DNA of 52,802 nucleotides from Patescibacteria group bacterium (GTDB lineage Bacteria; Patescibacteriota; Patescibacteriia; Patescibacteriales; UBA12465): NCBI GenBank assembly GCA_041665845.1, contig JBAYIC010000009.1, positions 1 to 52,802 of the forward strand, read 5' to 3'. Shown piece by piece: positions 43,654 to 52,802 of this stretch (position 1 is its first letter; each line of letters starts with the position of its first letter). The notes under the pieces were generated by a model. It saw only the letters and a program-made list of their open reading frames with translations, ran no database searches and was not told where the DNA came from. The position numbers and the translations under genes were made by a program.

Positions 43654-46600
43654 TTATTTACTATATTCGAAACGTTTTTTCTTACCTTTATAGCCGGTTC
43701 CAGCTGGAATCAAACAACCAATAATAACGTTCTCTTTCAAGCCCTCTAAATAATCAATCTTACCGTTAACAGCCGCATCAATTAAAACACGGGAAGTTTC
43801 TTGGAAGGAAGCAGCTGATAAGAAGCTATCGGTTGTCAGAGAAGCTTTAGTAATTCCTAATAATAATTGATCGCCGGTTGCCTTCTTCTTAGAATCCTTA
43901 TTTGCTTGATAGAAAACCTCATCTTCAACTGTTTCCCCAGGAAGTAAGGTTGTATCTCCAGCATCAGTTACAAAAATACGAGAGAACATTTGACGCGCAA
44001 TAATTTCAACGTGTTTATCGTTTAAAGGTTGCCCCTGAGAAGAATAAACATATTGAATTTCTCGAATAACATATTTCTGGGTTTCTAAACGTCCTTTGAG
44101 TTTATGAAGTTCACGCAAATCAAGGCTTCCTTCAGTTAATTGCGTTCCTCTTTCGATTACATCGCCGTCTTTAACCATCATCATCGTTCCTTTCAAAATA
44201 GAAAATTCTTTAACTTTATCAACTTCTTTGGAAACGCTGATATGCTTATCGGTTACCTTAGCAACGCCGGCCGAACTCGCTTTAACCATTTCTCCACCAA
44301 CACTGAATAAATTATGATTCTTAGAAACCTGTTCACCCTCTTTTACTAAAACGGATATTTCTAATTTCTTCTTATCCTTAGTAGTGAGCCCACCCGCTAA
44401 TTTCATTTCATTAATTTTTTCTGAAAAGTAATATTTATCACTTTCTTCACCTTTATAAATAATACTTAGAATCTTAGCTTGAGGGTTATCAACCATAATT
44501 TCTTTGCCATCCTTATCTTTAATAGTCTTCTGGGCAAATTCAATTTTAATTCGACCAGCGACATCAGAAATTAAAGCTTTTTTCTTTGGGCTTCTGGCTT
44601 CAAAAATTTCTTCAACACGCGGTAAACCCTGAGTAATATCATCTTGACCGGCAACACCTCCAGTATGGAAGGTTCTCATTGTTAACTGCGTACCAGGCTC
44701 ACCAATAGATTGGGCGGCGATAACACCAACAGTTGAGCCCATCTTAACCGGTTTATTATAAGCGAGATCCCAGCCATAACATTTAGCACAAATTCCTTTA
44801 TGCATTTTACAGCTTAGAACTGAACGAATACAAACCTCAATTACTTCCTTCGCTTTTATCATCTTGATGTTTTCTTCGTCTAACATTTCACCCGCCTTCA
44901 GAATTACTTTATTTTTTGCATCAACAATATTTTTTGCGAGATAGCGGCCAGTAATTTTCTTATAAAAATCTTCACCAGTTTTTTCCGCTTCTGATTTTTT
45001 CATTATTGCCCCCTCTTCATCGCCACAATCTTCTTCAGAAACAATAATATCTTGAGAAACATCAACTAAACGACGAGTTAAATAACCAGCGTTAGCAGTT
45101 CTAAGGGCGGTATCAGATAAACCTTTACGAACACCATGAGTAGAAATAAAATATTCCAAAACACCAAAGCCTTTTTTGAAATTACCTTTAACTGGTAATT
45201 CAATAATTGCGCCTGATGGAGAAGTAACTAAACCTTTCATCCCTAAAATCTGAACTGGTTGGGCCCAAGAACCACGAGCGCCGGAATCAATCATCGAGTA
45301 AACCGGTAAAACATTATTCAAACCTTTCTTACAAATATCACCAATTTTATCCTTAGTATTAGTCCACTCTTCAATAACTTTAGCGTAACGTTCGCTCTCA
45401 GTTAATAAACCTTCTTCGTATTGTTCTTGAATAATTTCTACTTGTTTATTAGCGGCATCAATTAACTTATCTTTTTCAGGTAAATTAGGTAAATCACCAA
45501 AGCCCCAAGAAAGACCGGATTTTGTAATAAACGAGAAAGCGCGATTTTTTAAACCATCAATAAATTTAACGGTTTCATCTTCGCTATAAAGACGTAGACA
45601 TTCACGAATCAAATCTTTCAGTTTGCTCTTACCAACCATATCGTTAATAAAGCGTAATTTTTCTGGTAGTAATGAATTGAAAATTAAACGTCCGACTGTA
45701 GTCTTTAACATTTCACCTTTATATCGAACTGAGATTGGCTCATGTAAAGCAATGTAATTATTATCGTAAGCTAAATATGCCTCATCTTCATTATAAAAAT
45801 AACGCATATCTTCTCGCTTCTTGTCAGCAAAATCGGCATTTACTAAAGTAATATAATAAGTTCCCCAAACGATATCTTGAGCCGGAGCAATAATTGGATC
45901 ACCGGTTGCTGGTTTAAGCAAATTATGGCTCGCTAACATTAAATGTTCAGCTTCCCATTTAGCCTCTTTAGTTAAAGGAACATGAACAGCCATTTGGTCA
46001 CCATCGAAGTCGGCATTAAACGCCGTACAAACGAGCGGATGGATTTGAATCGCTTTACCTTCAATTAAAGTTGGGCGGAAAGCTTGAATACCAAGGCGAT
46101 GTAAAGTTGGCGCACGATTTAAAAGCACAAACGCACCACGAATAATTTCTTCTAAAATATCCCAAACTTCATCATGACCAGCCTCAATATAACGAGAAGC
46201 GCTACGAACATTATGAACTATTTCTCTCTTAATTAATTGGGAAATAATAAATGGCTTAAATAATTCAAGCGCCATAATCTTCGGTAAACCACATTGATCA
46301 AGATTTAATTTTGGATTAACAACAATAACTGAACGACCAGAATAATCAACTCGTTTTCCGAGTAAATTTTGGCGGAATCTTCCTTGCTTACCCTTTAAGG
46401 TATCGGCTAAAGATTTAAGTTGTCTCTTTTGGCCAGTAGAAGCAGTAACAGTTTTAGTGTGCCGTGCAGAGTTATCAATTAAAGCATCGACTGCTTCTTG
46501 AAGCATTCTTTTTTCATTGCGGCAAATAACTTCCGGGGCGTTCAAATCCAATAATTGTTTTAAGCGATTATTACGATTAATAACACGACGATATAAATCA

Positions 46601-47574
46601 TTTAAATCAGAAGCGGCAAAACGTCCGCCATCTAACGCGACCATCGGACGCAAATCAGGTGGAACAACCGGCAAGACGGTCATAATCATCCATTCCGGAC
46701 GTAAGCTGTTATTTCTAAAACTCTTTAAAAGTTTTAAACGTTTTACTAATTTTTCTTTTTTGGATTCAATCGCATCTTTTAATTTTTCTTCCAAATTTTC
46801 AATACTTTTTTCTAAACCAATTTTTTCTAAAAGTTCACGGATAGCTTCTGCTCCGATAGAAGCTTCAAAGACATGGCCGAATTTTAAACTTAAACTTTGA
46901 TATTGATGTTCAGATAATATTAAAAGCGGTTTTAATTCTTTAAGTTCTTTTTGAGTAGCCGCAAAATCTTCATCCAAACGTTCAACTTTTTCGGCTCTTA
47001 CTTTAGCGGCTTCCTTAATTTCGCTCTCATCTCCGCCCGCATCTTTAATCTTTTTTATTTCATTATTGTATTCATTTTCAAAACCTTTTATTTTACTCTT
47101 GTACTCCGCTTTTATTTGGTTAATAGTTGCTTCCTTTAAATTTTCATCAACATCAGTAACAATGAAACTAGCGTAATAAATAACCTTTTCTAGAGATTGG
47201 ATACCTAAATTAAGGAGCAAACCAATTTTGGAAGATAAGCCTCTTAAAAACCAGATATGAGAAGCCGGGACTTGCAAAGTAATATGTCCTAGGCGTTCAC
47301 GTCTAACAATACTGCGCGTTACTTCAACGCCGCATTTATCGCAAACTATTCCCTTATAACGGATTTTCTTATACTTACCGCAAGCACATTCCCAATCTTT
47401 GGTCGGACCAAATATTTTTTCGCAAAACAACCCATCCTTTTCTGGCTTTTGAGTGCGATAATTAATTGTTTCCGGTCTGGTTACTTCTCCATGGGACCAA
47501 GACATTATTTCATCCGGGCTAGCCAATTTTAAACGGATAGCGTCGAAATCGCTGGTTTTTATTGGATTTAACAT
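43654..47574 (-). CDS. rpoC: RNA polymerase beta' subunit
   Basis: Zn-finger CACGKYK...CDKC, GKRVDYSGRSVI, NADFDGD, TANAGYLTRRL, MRTFHTGG and ASFQET motifs. Confidence 0.99.
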   Translation of the reverse strand: MLNPIKTSDFDAIRLKLASPDEIMSWSHGEVTRPETINYRTQKPEKDGLFCEKIFGPTKDWECACGKYKKIRYKGIVCDKCGVEVTRSIVRRERLGHITLQVPASHIWFLRGLSSKIGLLLNLGIQSLEKVIYYASFIVTDVDENLKEATINQIKAEYKSKIKGFENEYNNEIKKIKDAGGDESEIKEAAKVRAEKVERLDEDFAATQKELKELKPLLILSEHQYQSLSLKFGHVFEASIGAEAIRELLEKIGLEKSIENLEEKLKDAIESKKEKLVKRLKLLKSFRNNSLRPEWMIMTVLPVVPPDLRPMVALDGGRFAASDLNDLYRRVINRNNRLKQLLDLNAPEVICRNEKRMLQEAVDALIDNSARHTKTVTASTGQKRQLKSLADTLKGKQGRFRQNLLGKRVDYSGRSVIVVNPKLNLDQCGLPKIMALELFKPFIISQLIKREIVHNVRSASRYIEAGHDEVWDILEEIIRGAFVLLNRAPTLHRLGIQAFRPTLIEGKAIQIHPLVCTAFNADFDGDQMAVHVPLTKEAKWEAEHLMLASHNLLKPATGDPIIAPAQDIVWGTYYITLVNADFADKKREDMRYFYNEDEAYLAYDNNYIALHEPISVRYKGEMLKTTVGRLIFNSLLPEKLRFINDMVGKSKLKDLIRECLRLYSEDETVKFIDGLKNRAFSFITKSGLSWGFGDLPNLPEKDKLIDAANKQVEIIQEQYEEGLLTESERYAKVIEEWTNTKDKIGDICKKGLNNVLPVYSMIDSGARGSWAQPVQILGMKGLVTSPSGAIIELPVKGNFKKGFGVLEYFISTHGVRKGLSDTALRTANAGYLTRRLVDVSQDIIVSEEDCGDEEGAIMKKSEAEKTGEDFYKKITGRYLAKNIVDAKNKVILKAGEMLDEENIKMIKAKEVIEVCIRSVLSCKMHKGICAKCYGWDLAYNKPVKMGSTVGVIAAQSIGEPGTQLTMRTFHTGGVAGQDDITQGLPRVEEIFEARSPKKKALISDVAGRIKIEFAQKTIKDKDGKEIMVDNPQAKILSIIYKGEESDKYYFSEKINEMKLAGGLTTKDKKKLEISVLVKEGEQVSKNHNLFSVGGEMVKASSAGVAKVTDKHISVSKEVDKVKEFSILKGTMMMVKDGDVIERGTQLTEGSLDLRELHKLKGRLETQKYVIREIQYVYSSQGQPLNDKHVEIIARQMFSRIFVTDAGDTTLLPGETVEDEVFYQANKDSKKKATGDQLLLGITKASLTTDSFLSAASFQETSRVLIDAAVNGKIDYLEGLKENVIIGCLIPAGTGYKGKKKRFEYSK

Positions 47575-47613
47575 AATGTGTATATGAAAATGCTTATTTA
47601 ATATTACCTTTAA

Positions 47614-50600
47614 CTACTTATCTTCGCCGTCTTCAGTTAAGGCGGCGATTATTTCTGGTTTATCATAATCGAGTTTTTCTTCATTCTTTTCGTCATTTAT
47701 AAGTTCTTCATCTAAATCAGTCATTACCTCAGAAGCCGTCATTCCATTTCTTCCATTTAAAAGTTCAACATTAAGACCAAGACCCTTTAATTCTCGAATT
47801 AAAACGTTGAATGATTCTGGAACGTTTAGCTTCTCAATTTCTTCACCCTTAATAATTGATTCGTAAGCCTTGGATCGTCCAGGAATATCATCAGATTTAA
47901 TAGTTAAGATTTCTTGTAGAGTATGAGCGGCACCATAACCTTCAAGTGCCCAAACTTCCATTTCTCCAAATCTTTGTCCACCAAATTGAGCTTTACCACC
48001 CAAAGGTTGTTGAGTAATAAGAGAGTATGGACCAATGGAACGTTGATGGATTTTATCTTCAACCATGTGGTTAAGTTTTAACATGTACTTATAACCAACA
48101 GTGATTTGATTATCATAAGCTTCGCCAGTTTTTCCGTCATACAAAGTTACCTTTCCATTTTCTGGTAAACCAGCTTTTCGAAGTTCATCTTTAATTTGTT
48201 CTTCAGTTACACCATTTAAAGCTGGAGACATTACACGATATCCGAGTCTCTTAGCGGCAAAACCGAGATGAGTTTCAAGTAATTGGCCAAGGTTCATACG
48301 AGAAATAATACCGAGCGGAGAAAGAATTACGTCAACCGGAGTACCATCATCCATATAAGGCATATCTTCAATGGGGACTATCTTTGAAATAACACCTTTA
48401 TTACCATGACGTCCGGACATCTTATCACCAACTTGAATCTTTCTAAGGTTAGCAACGGAAACTTGGATTGATTGTAAAACACCAGCGGATAGCTTATCAC
48501 CTTCTTCACGTGAAAATATTTTAATATCAACAACTTTTCCATGTTCACCATGTTCAAGATATAAAGAAGAATCACGAACGTCTTTAGCTTTATCGCCAAA
48601 GATAGCGCGCAGTAATTTTTCTTCCGCTGATAATGTAGTCTCTCCTTTAGGAGTAATTTTTCCAACGAGAATATCACCAGATGAAATTTCCGCACCGATC
48701 CTGATAATACCTTCGTCATCTAAATTTTTAAGTTTCTCTTCGCTGATATTTGGAATATCATTAGTAACTACCTCAGGACCAAGCTTTGTATCACGAACAT
48801 CAATTGTATAATTTTCAATATGAATAGATGAGTAAACATCTTCTTTAACTAAGCGTTCAGAAATAATAACCGCATCTTCATAATTGAAACCTTCCCAAGT
48901 CATAAATGAAACAAGAACATTTCTTCCTAATGATAATTCACCATTATCAATCGCTGGACCATCAGAGAGAACTTCACCTTTTTTAACTTTAGCGCCAACT
49001 TCAGTAGTCGGATGTTGGTTAATACAGGTTGAAGAATTAGAACGTAAAAATTTATTTAAATGATAAGTTATCACTTCACCTTTTTTAGTTGTTAGTTCAA
49101 TCGTTCCGGCATCAGCTCTAGTAATTATTCCATCTTCAGCAGCAAGAACTACATGACCACTATCACGAGCCGCGCGCTCTTCAACACCAGTACCAACAAC
49201 CGGCGCTTCGCTCTTTACAAGCGGTACGGCCTGACGTTGCATGTTTGTTCCCATTAAAGATCTCTGCCCATCGTTATGTTCCATGAAAGGAATAAGAGAG
49301 GTGGCAATGGAAATAATCTGATTAGCGGCCACACCAACAAAATCAATCTTACCGATTTCTTCCATACCAGGTTGGCCATATTTTCGACCTTCAAATTTAG
49401 TTACCAAAAAGTAACCATTCTCATCGGTTGGAATAGTGGAATCGACTGTAATATATTTTTCTTCCTCAAAAGCATCAAGATAAACAATTTCATCAGTAAC
49501 CCGAGGACCTTTTTTATCTTTAACAACTTTGCGATATGGAGTTTCTAAAAAGCCATAACTATTAAGTCTTGCATAACTAGCTAAATGGCCGACTAAACCG
49601 ATATTCGGACCTTCAGGAGTTGCAATCGGACAAATGCGGCCGTAATGAGTAGTATGTACATCACGAACATCAAAGCCTGCTCTTTCACGAGTTAAACCGC
49701 CCGGACCCATCGCCGATAAACGACGTTTATGCTCAAGTTCAGCAAGCGGATTAGTTTGATCCATGAATTGAGATAACTGAGAGGACATGAAAAATTCTCT
49801 CACTACGCCTATAACTGGACGAGCATTAACTAATTTAGAAGGAGTAATTGAAGCAATATCTGAAGTCGACATCCTATCTTTAATTATTCTTTCCATGCGC
49901 GCTAAACCAACGCGGAAACGATTTTGGATTAAACCGCCAATCGCGCGAATACGACGATTGCCTAAATGATCAATATCGTCTTCCGGTTCTTTAGTAATAT
50001 TAAGTCTTATAACTTCTTTAATGATTAAAACTAAATCTTCCTTTCTCAAAATACGATATTCTTTTTTGTTTGAAGGTAAATCAAGAGAAAAACGACGATT
50101 AAGTTTATAGCGTCCAACGCGACCAAAATCATAACGATCAAAACGGAAGAACATGGAATAAATAAGTTGGCGAGCATTTTCTACTGAAGCTAAATCTCCC
50201 GGTCTAATACGACGATAAACTTCCTGCAAGCCTTCGGCTTCATCTTTAGCGGCATCCTTTTCAATCGTTGCTTCAATGAAAGTTTTTTCTTCCTTATTTT
50301 TTATTAAATCAACATCGGCAAATAATTTGATAATTTCTTCATCAGTTGTATAACCAAAAGCACGTAACAATGAGGTTACGGCGACTTTACGTTTGCGGTC
50401 TATTCTAACCCACAAAACTTTATTTGAATCAGTTTCTATTTCAAGCCAAGCGCCGCGATTAGGAATAATCTTTGCACCATAGCATTTCTTTCCTTTAATA
50501 AACTCGGCGGTAAACATTACCCCTGCGCTTCTGATTAACTGAGAAACGACTACTCTTTCAATTCCATTGATAATGAAAGTTCCTTTATCGGTCATCAAAG

Positions 50601-50922
50601 GAAAGTCACCAAGAAAAACTTCTTGGTTAACAGCATGACCAGTTTTTTTATTGAGTAATCTAGTTTTTACGCGCAAAGGAGCTTCGTAAGTAATATTCTT
50701 TTCGCGACTTTCTACTTCAGAAAATTTAGCTTCATCTAAATAGTAGTCTTCAAGATATAGTTCTAAATCGCGGCCGATAAAATCAGCCACCGGATTTATC
50801 TCATCAAATAGTTCGGCTAAGCCTTCTTTTAGAAACCAATTATAGGAATCTTTCTGTATCTCAATTAAATCAGGCATTGGTAGAACTTCTTTTACCTCGG
50901 AAAATGATTTGCGTTTAGACAT
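47614..50922 (-). CDS. rpoB: RNA polymerase beta subunit
   Basis: INGIERVVVSQL, SQLSQFMDQ, HKRRLSAMGPGG, GDKMSGRHGNKG and GGQRFGEME motifs. Confidence 0.99.
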   Translation of the reverse strand: MSKRKSFSEVKEVLPMPDLIEIQKDSYNWFLKEGLAELFDEINPVADFIGRDLELYLEDYYLDEAKFSEVESREKNITYEAPLRVKTRLLNKKTGHAVNQEVFLGDFPLMTDKGTFIINGIERVVVSQLIRSAGVMFTAEFIKGKKCYGAKIIPNRGAWLEIETDSNKVLWVRIDRKRKVAVTSLLRAFGYTTDEEIIKLFADVDLIKNKEEKTFIEATIEKDAAKDEAEGLQEVYRRIRPGDLASVENARQLIYSMFFRFDRYDFGRVGRYKLNRRFSLDLPSNKKEYRILRKEDLVLIIKEVIRLNITKEPEDDIDHLGNRRIRAIGGLIQNRFRVGLARMERIIKDRMSTSDIASITPSKLVNARPVIGVVREFFMSSQLSQFMDQTNPLAELEHKRRLSAMGPGGLTRERAGFDVRDVHTTHYGRICPIATPEGPNIGLVGHLASYARLNSYGFLETPYRKVVKDKKGPRVTDEIVYLDAFEEEKYITVDSTIPTDENGYFLVTKFEGRKYGQPGMEEIGKIDFVGVAANQIISIATSLIPFMEHNDGQRSLMGTNMQRQAVPLVKSEAPVVGTGVEERAARDSGHVVLAAEDGIITRADAGTIELTTKKGEVITYHLNKFLRSNSSTCINQHPTTEVGAKVKKGEVLSDGPAIDNGELSLGRNVLVSFMTWEGFNYEDAVIISERLVKEDVYSSIHIENYTIDVRDTKLGPEVVTNDIPNISEEKLKNLDDEGIIRIGAEISSGDILVGKITPKGETTLSAEEKLLRAIFGDKAKDVRDSSLYLEHGEHGKVVDIKIFSREEGDKLSAGVLQSIQVSVANLRKIQVGDKMSGRHGNKGVISKIVPIEDMPYMDDGTPVDVILSPLGIISRMNLGQLLETHLGFAAKRLGYRVMSPALNGVTEEQIKDELRKAGLPENGKVTLYDGKTGEAYDNQITVGYKYMLKLNHMVEDKIHQRSIGPYSLITQQPLGGKAQFGGQRFGEMEVWALEGYGAAHTLQEILTIKSDDIPGRSKAYESIIKGEEIEKLNVPESFNVLIRELKGLGLNVELLNGRNGMTASEVMTDLDEELINDEKNEEKLDYDKPEIIAALTEDGEDK

Positions 50923-50998
50923 AGATATATAGAGTAATTATTTAACTATTTAAACCACAGAAATAACGAAAGAGCAAAAAAAGATAGCCAGTAAATAA

Positions 50999-51021
50999 GG
51001 GACTTTTAACAAAAAAATCCC
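50999..51021 (-). terminator. Possible terminator or attenuator hairpin between murE and rpoB
   Basis: Minus-strand GGGAUUUUU-UUGUU-AAAAGUCCC (one G-U pair valid only on minus) followed by UUAUUU. Confidence 0.45.
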
Positions 51022-51138
51022 AATCAAAAATCGGCTTGAGTTTCAAGAAATATTAAATTAATTTGTTTTTTTATAAATCACTTTTTTTAGATAAAAAAGT
51101 GTTAGTGTCTTCTTATAATAAGAATAATATGACAATAA

Positions 51139-52572
51139 TTATCTTTTGTCAATACACAATTTGTCCACAATCGCTCGTTTCAGCTCCTTCCTGTCATCCC
51201 AAGGGATTTTAACTCCATTAGCAGAACATATGTATTGCTCGGCCCCCTTACCAGTTATTAGCACTAAATCGTTTTCTTGCGCTAATTCTAGCGCTTTTTT
51301 TATAGCCTCGCCTCTATCTAAAATTTTAAATAAGTCTTGATTATTGACCTTGCCCGCCATTTCCGCTCCAGAGGCAACTTGATTGATAATCTCGGCTGGG
51401 TCCTCATCATAAGGGTCTTCATTGGTGATAATCACTATATCAGCTTTATGAGCGGCCATTTCACCCATAATTTGCCGCCTGGATTTGTCTCGTCCGCCTC
51501 CGGCAGAACCTAGAATATGAATAAGGCGCTGATATTGAATAAGAGAAATTGTTTCATAAAGTTTTTCTAAAGCACGCGGTTCAAAAGAGTAATCAACCAT
51601 CGCGGCAAAATCTTGCCCTTCATCAATCATTTCCATTTTTCCTGCTAAGCCTCTTACACTTTCAAGACCAGCTTTAATTTTTTCGCTTGGAATCGCTTGA
51701 TTAAGACCAATAGAATAGGCAGCTAGAGCGTTCAGAGCATTAAAATCTCCAAGTAGATTAAGATGGATATTATTCCCCGCGATTTCTAAATCAGTTCCGG
51801 CTATTCCAGCTGAATTTAGGACTCCTTTAATAAAAGAGAAATCTTTAGTGATTGCCTCACTGCTTAAACCCTTAGTAATAGAAGCAAGGCTGCGGTTCTC
51901 GTCCAATGAATAAGCTATTTTAACTTCCGCCCAAAAATTTAAAAAATATGAAACATTAGTATCATCGCCGTTAGCGATAATAGTTTTTTTAACTCTAGTT
52001 AAATCTAATTTATTTAAACCATTCTTAGCGCGACAAACTAATTTCTGATCATTTACATATTTATTTTTAAAGCGCGTAAGATGTTTGAATAAAGCCCCCT
52101 TAGCTTCTTTATATTTTTCAAAACTACCATGCGATTCAATGTGCTCAGGATATAAGCCAGTAAAAATTAAAACATCATAATTTATAAAACGATGGCGAAA
52201 TTGTTTAATTCCTTCTGAAGTAGTTTCGACAACCGCATAGCGACAACCATTTTTAACCATTTGACCAATAAGTCTCTGAATAAAAAAGCGACCAGGCATG
52301 GTCATTTTTTTATCATTCAGCCATTCACGTTTACCGTCGGAAAAAACAGTCGTTGAAGTAAAGCCGGTTTTGTACCCCGCTTTCTCCAACATTTTAGCAA
52401 TCAAATAAACAGTTGAAGTTTTCCCCGCCGTACCGGTTACGCCGATAATTATCAATTTGCGGCTAGGAAACCGAAAATAAACGGCCGCCAAAAAACTAAA
52501 GACGAAATGATAAATCGGCTGAACAGCTTTAAACAAACGGAGCGGAATAATTTTTTTTATTTTTTCTGTCAT
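51139..52572 (-). CDS. murE: UDP-N-acetylmuramoyl-tripeptide synthetase (MurE-type Mur ligase)
   Basis: GVTGTAGKTST, ETTSEG, FTGLYPEHIESH, LLGDFN, VDY, GGGRD, NEDP and GKGAE motifs. Confidence 0.88.
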   Translation of the reverse strand: MTEKIKKIIPLRLFKAVQPIYHFVFSFLAAVYFRFPSRKLIIIGVTGTAGKTSTVYLIAKMLEKAGYKTGFTSTTVFSDGKREWLNDKKMTMPGRFFIQRLIGQMVKNGCRYAVVETTSEGIKQFRHRFINYDVLIFTGLYPEHIESHGSFEKYKEAKGALFKHLTRFKNKYVNDQKLVCRAKNGLNKLDLTRVKKTIIANGDDTNVSYFLNFWAEVKIAYSLDENRSLASITKGLSSEAITKDFSFIKGVLNSAGIAGTDLEIAGNNIHLNLLGDFNALNALAAYSIGLNQAIPSEKIKAGLESVRGLAGKMEMIDEGQDFAAMVDYSFEPRALEKLYETISLIQYQRLIHILGSAGGGRDKSRRQIMGEMAAHKADIVIITNEDPYDEDPAEIINQVASGAEMAGKVNNQDLFKILDRGEAIKKALELAQENDLVLITGKGAEQYICSANGVKIPWDDRKELKRAIVDKLCIDKR

Positions 52573-52580
52573 ACGGATGT

Positions 52581-52589
52581 ATTATAACA
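52581..52589 (-). promoter_or_regulatory. Extended -10 promoter of murE (near-leaderless)
   Basis: TGTTATAAT ending 8 nt upstream of the ATG at 52572. Confidence 0.55.
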
Positions 52590-52678
52590 GAATTCTTGAA
52601 AATAAAAAAAGAGCATTAATCTTAAAACATTTTTAGAAAAACACTCTTCTCTTATTTTGTATGATTTACAATAAATTT

Positions 52679-52802
52679 TTATTCAACTCCCGATACTCCA
52701 CCGACTTCTATCTTTCTGATATTCTCAGGGATAGCGCCTAAACTCATAGACTTCATGATTTCATACATACTATCTTGAGTTCCACCGTACCATCTTTTCC
52801 CA
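52679..52802 (-). CDS. C-terminal 40 aa of a gene entering from outside the window; product unknown
   Basis: Open frame GKRWYGGTQDSMYEIMKSMSLGAIPENIRKIEVGGVSGVE* with stop at 52681-52679; the following region is AT-rich intergenic. Confidence 0.55.
   Translation of the reverse strand, partial: GKRWYGGTQDSMYEIMKSMSLGAIPENIRKIEVGGVSGVE

Noticed and set aside
33474-49969. Plus-strand ORFs antisense to recJ, lepA, the GT-C gene, ACD, rpoC and rpoB (60-127 aa)
   Set aside because: Antisense shadows of conserved genes with no recognisable protein features.
1-52802. tRNA, rRNA, CRISPR array, or alternative genetic code (UGA recoding)
   Set aside because: Intergenic gaps are at most 216 bp with no T-loop/cloverleaf or spaced direct repeats. 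TGA terminates genes cleanly (PfkB kinase, porB) and conserved proteins are full length in code 11.

Overview
AT-rich, tightly packed bacterial genomic window in standard code 11 (TGA is used as a stop). The gene content is typical of a streamlined Patescibacteria/CPR (Parcubacteria-like) genome, which is an inference from gene families and leader style. Almost everything is on the minus strand except a 6.3 kb plus-strand block (26388-32705). Housekeeping genes: metK, ahcY, adenosine-kinase-like PfkB, rsmA, leuS, xth, four-subunit POR, rnhA, recJ, lepA, murJ, ADP-forming acetate-CoA ligase, rpoC, rpoB, murE. Accessory or unexplained content: (i) at least four tandem paralogues with a phospho-His swivel domain but no ATP-grasp domain, behind a RibL-like nucleotidyltransferase; (ii) a candidate ~65-nt antisense small RNA with a near-consensus promoter and a strand-specific terminator; (iii) a surface/secretion cluster with a VirB6/TrbL-like protein and a 2645-aa protein with ~90 Cys, a recurring C-x5-G-C motif, three CBM-like domains and a PKD-like end; (iv) two Cys-rich T4SS-pilin-like genes interleaved with the por operon behind dsbA, one fused to a 3D-like and an M15-like peptidoglycan-hydrolase domain; (v) a TMTC-like GT-C plus GT2 pair. 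I found no tRNA, rRNA, CRISPR array or mobile element. All domain calls are by-eye motif recognition, not database hits.
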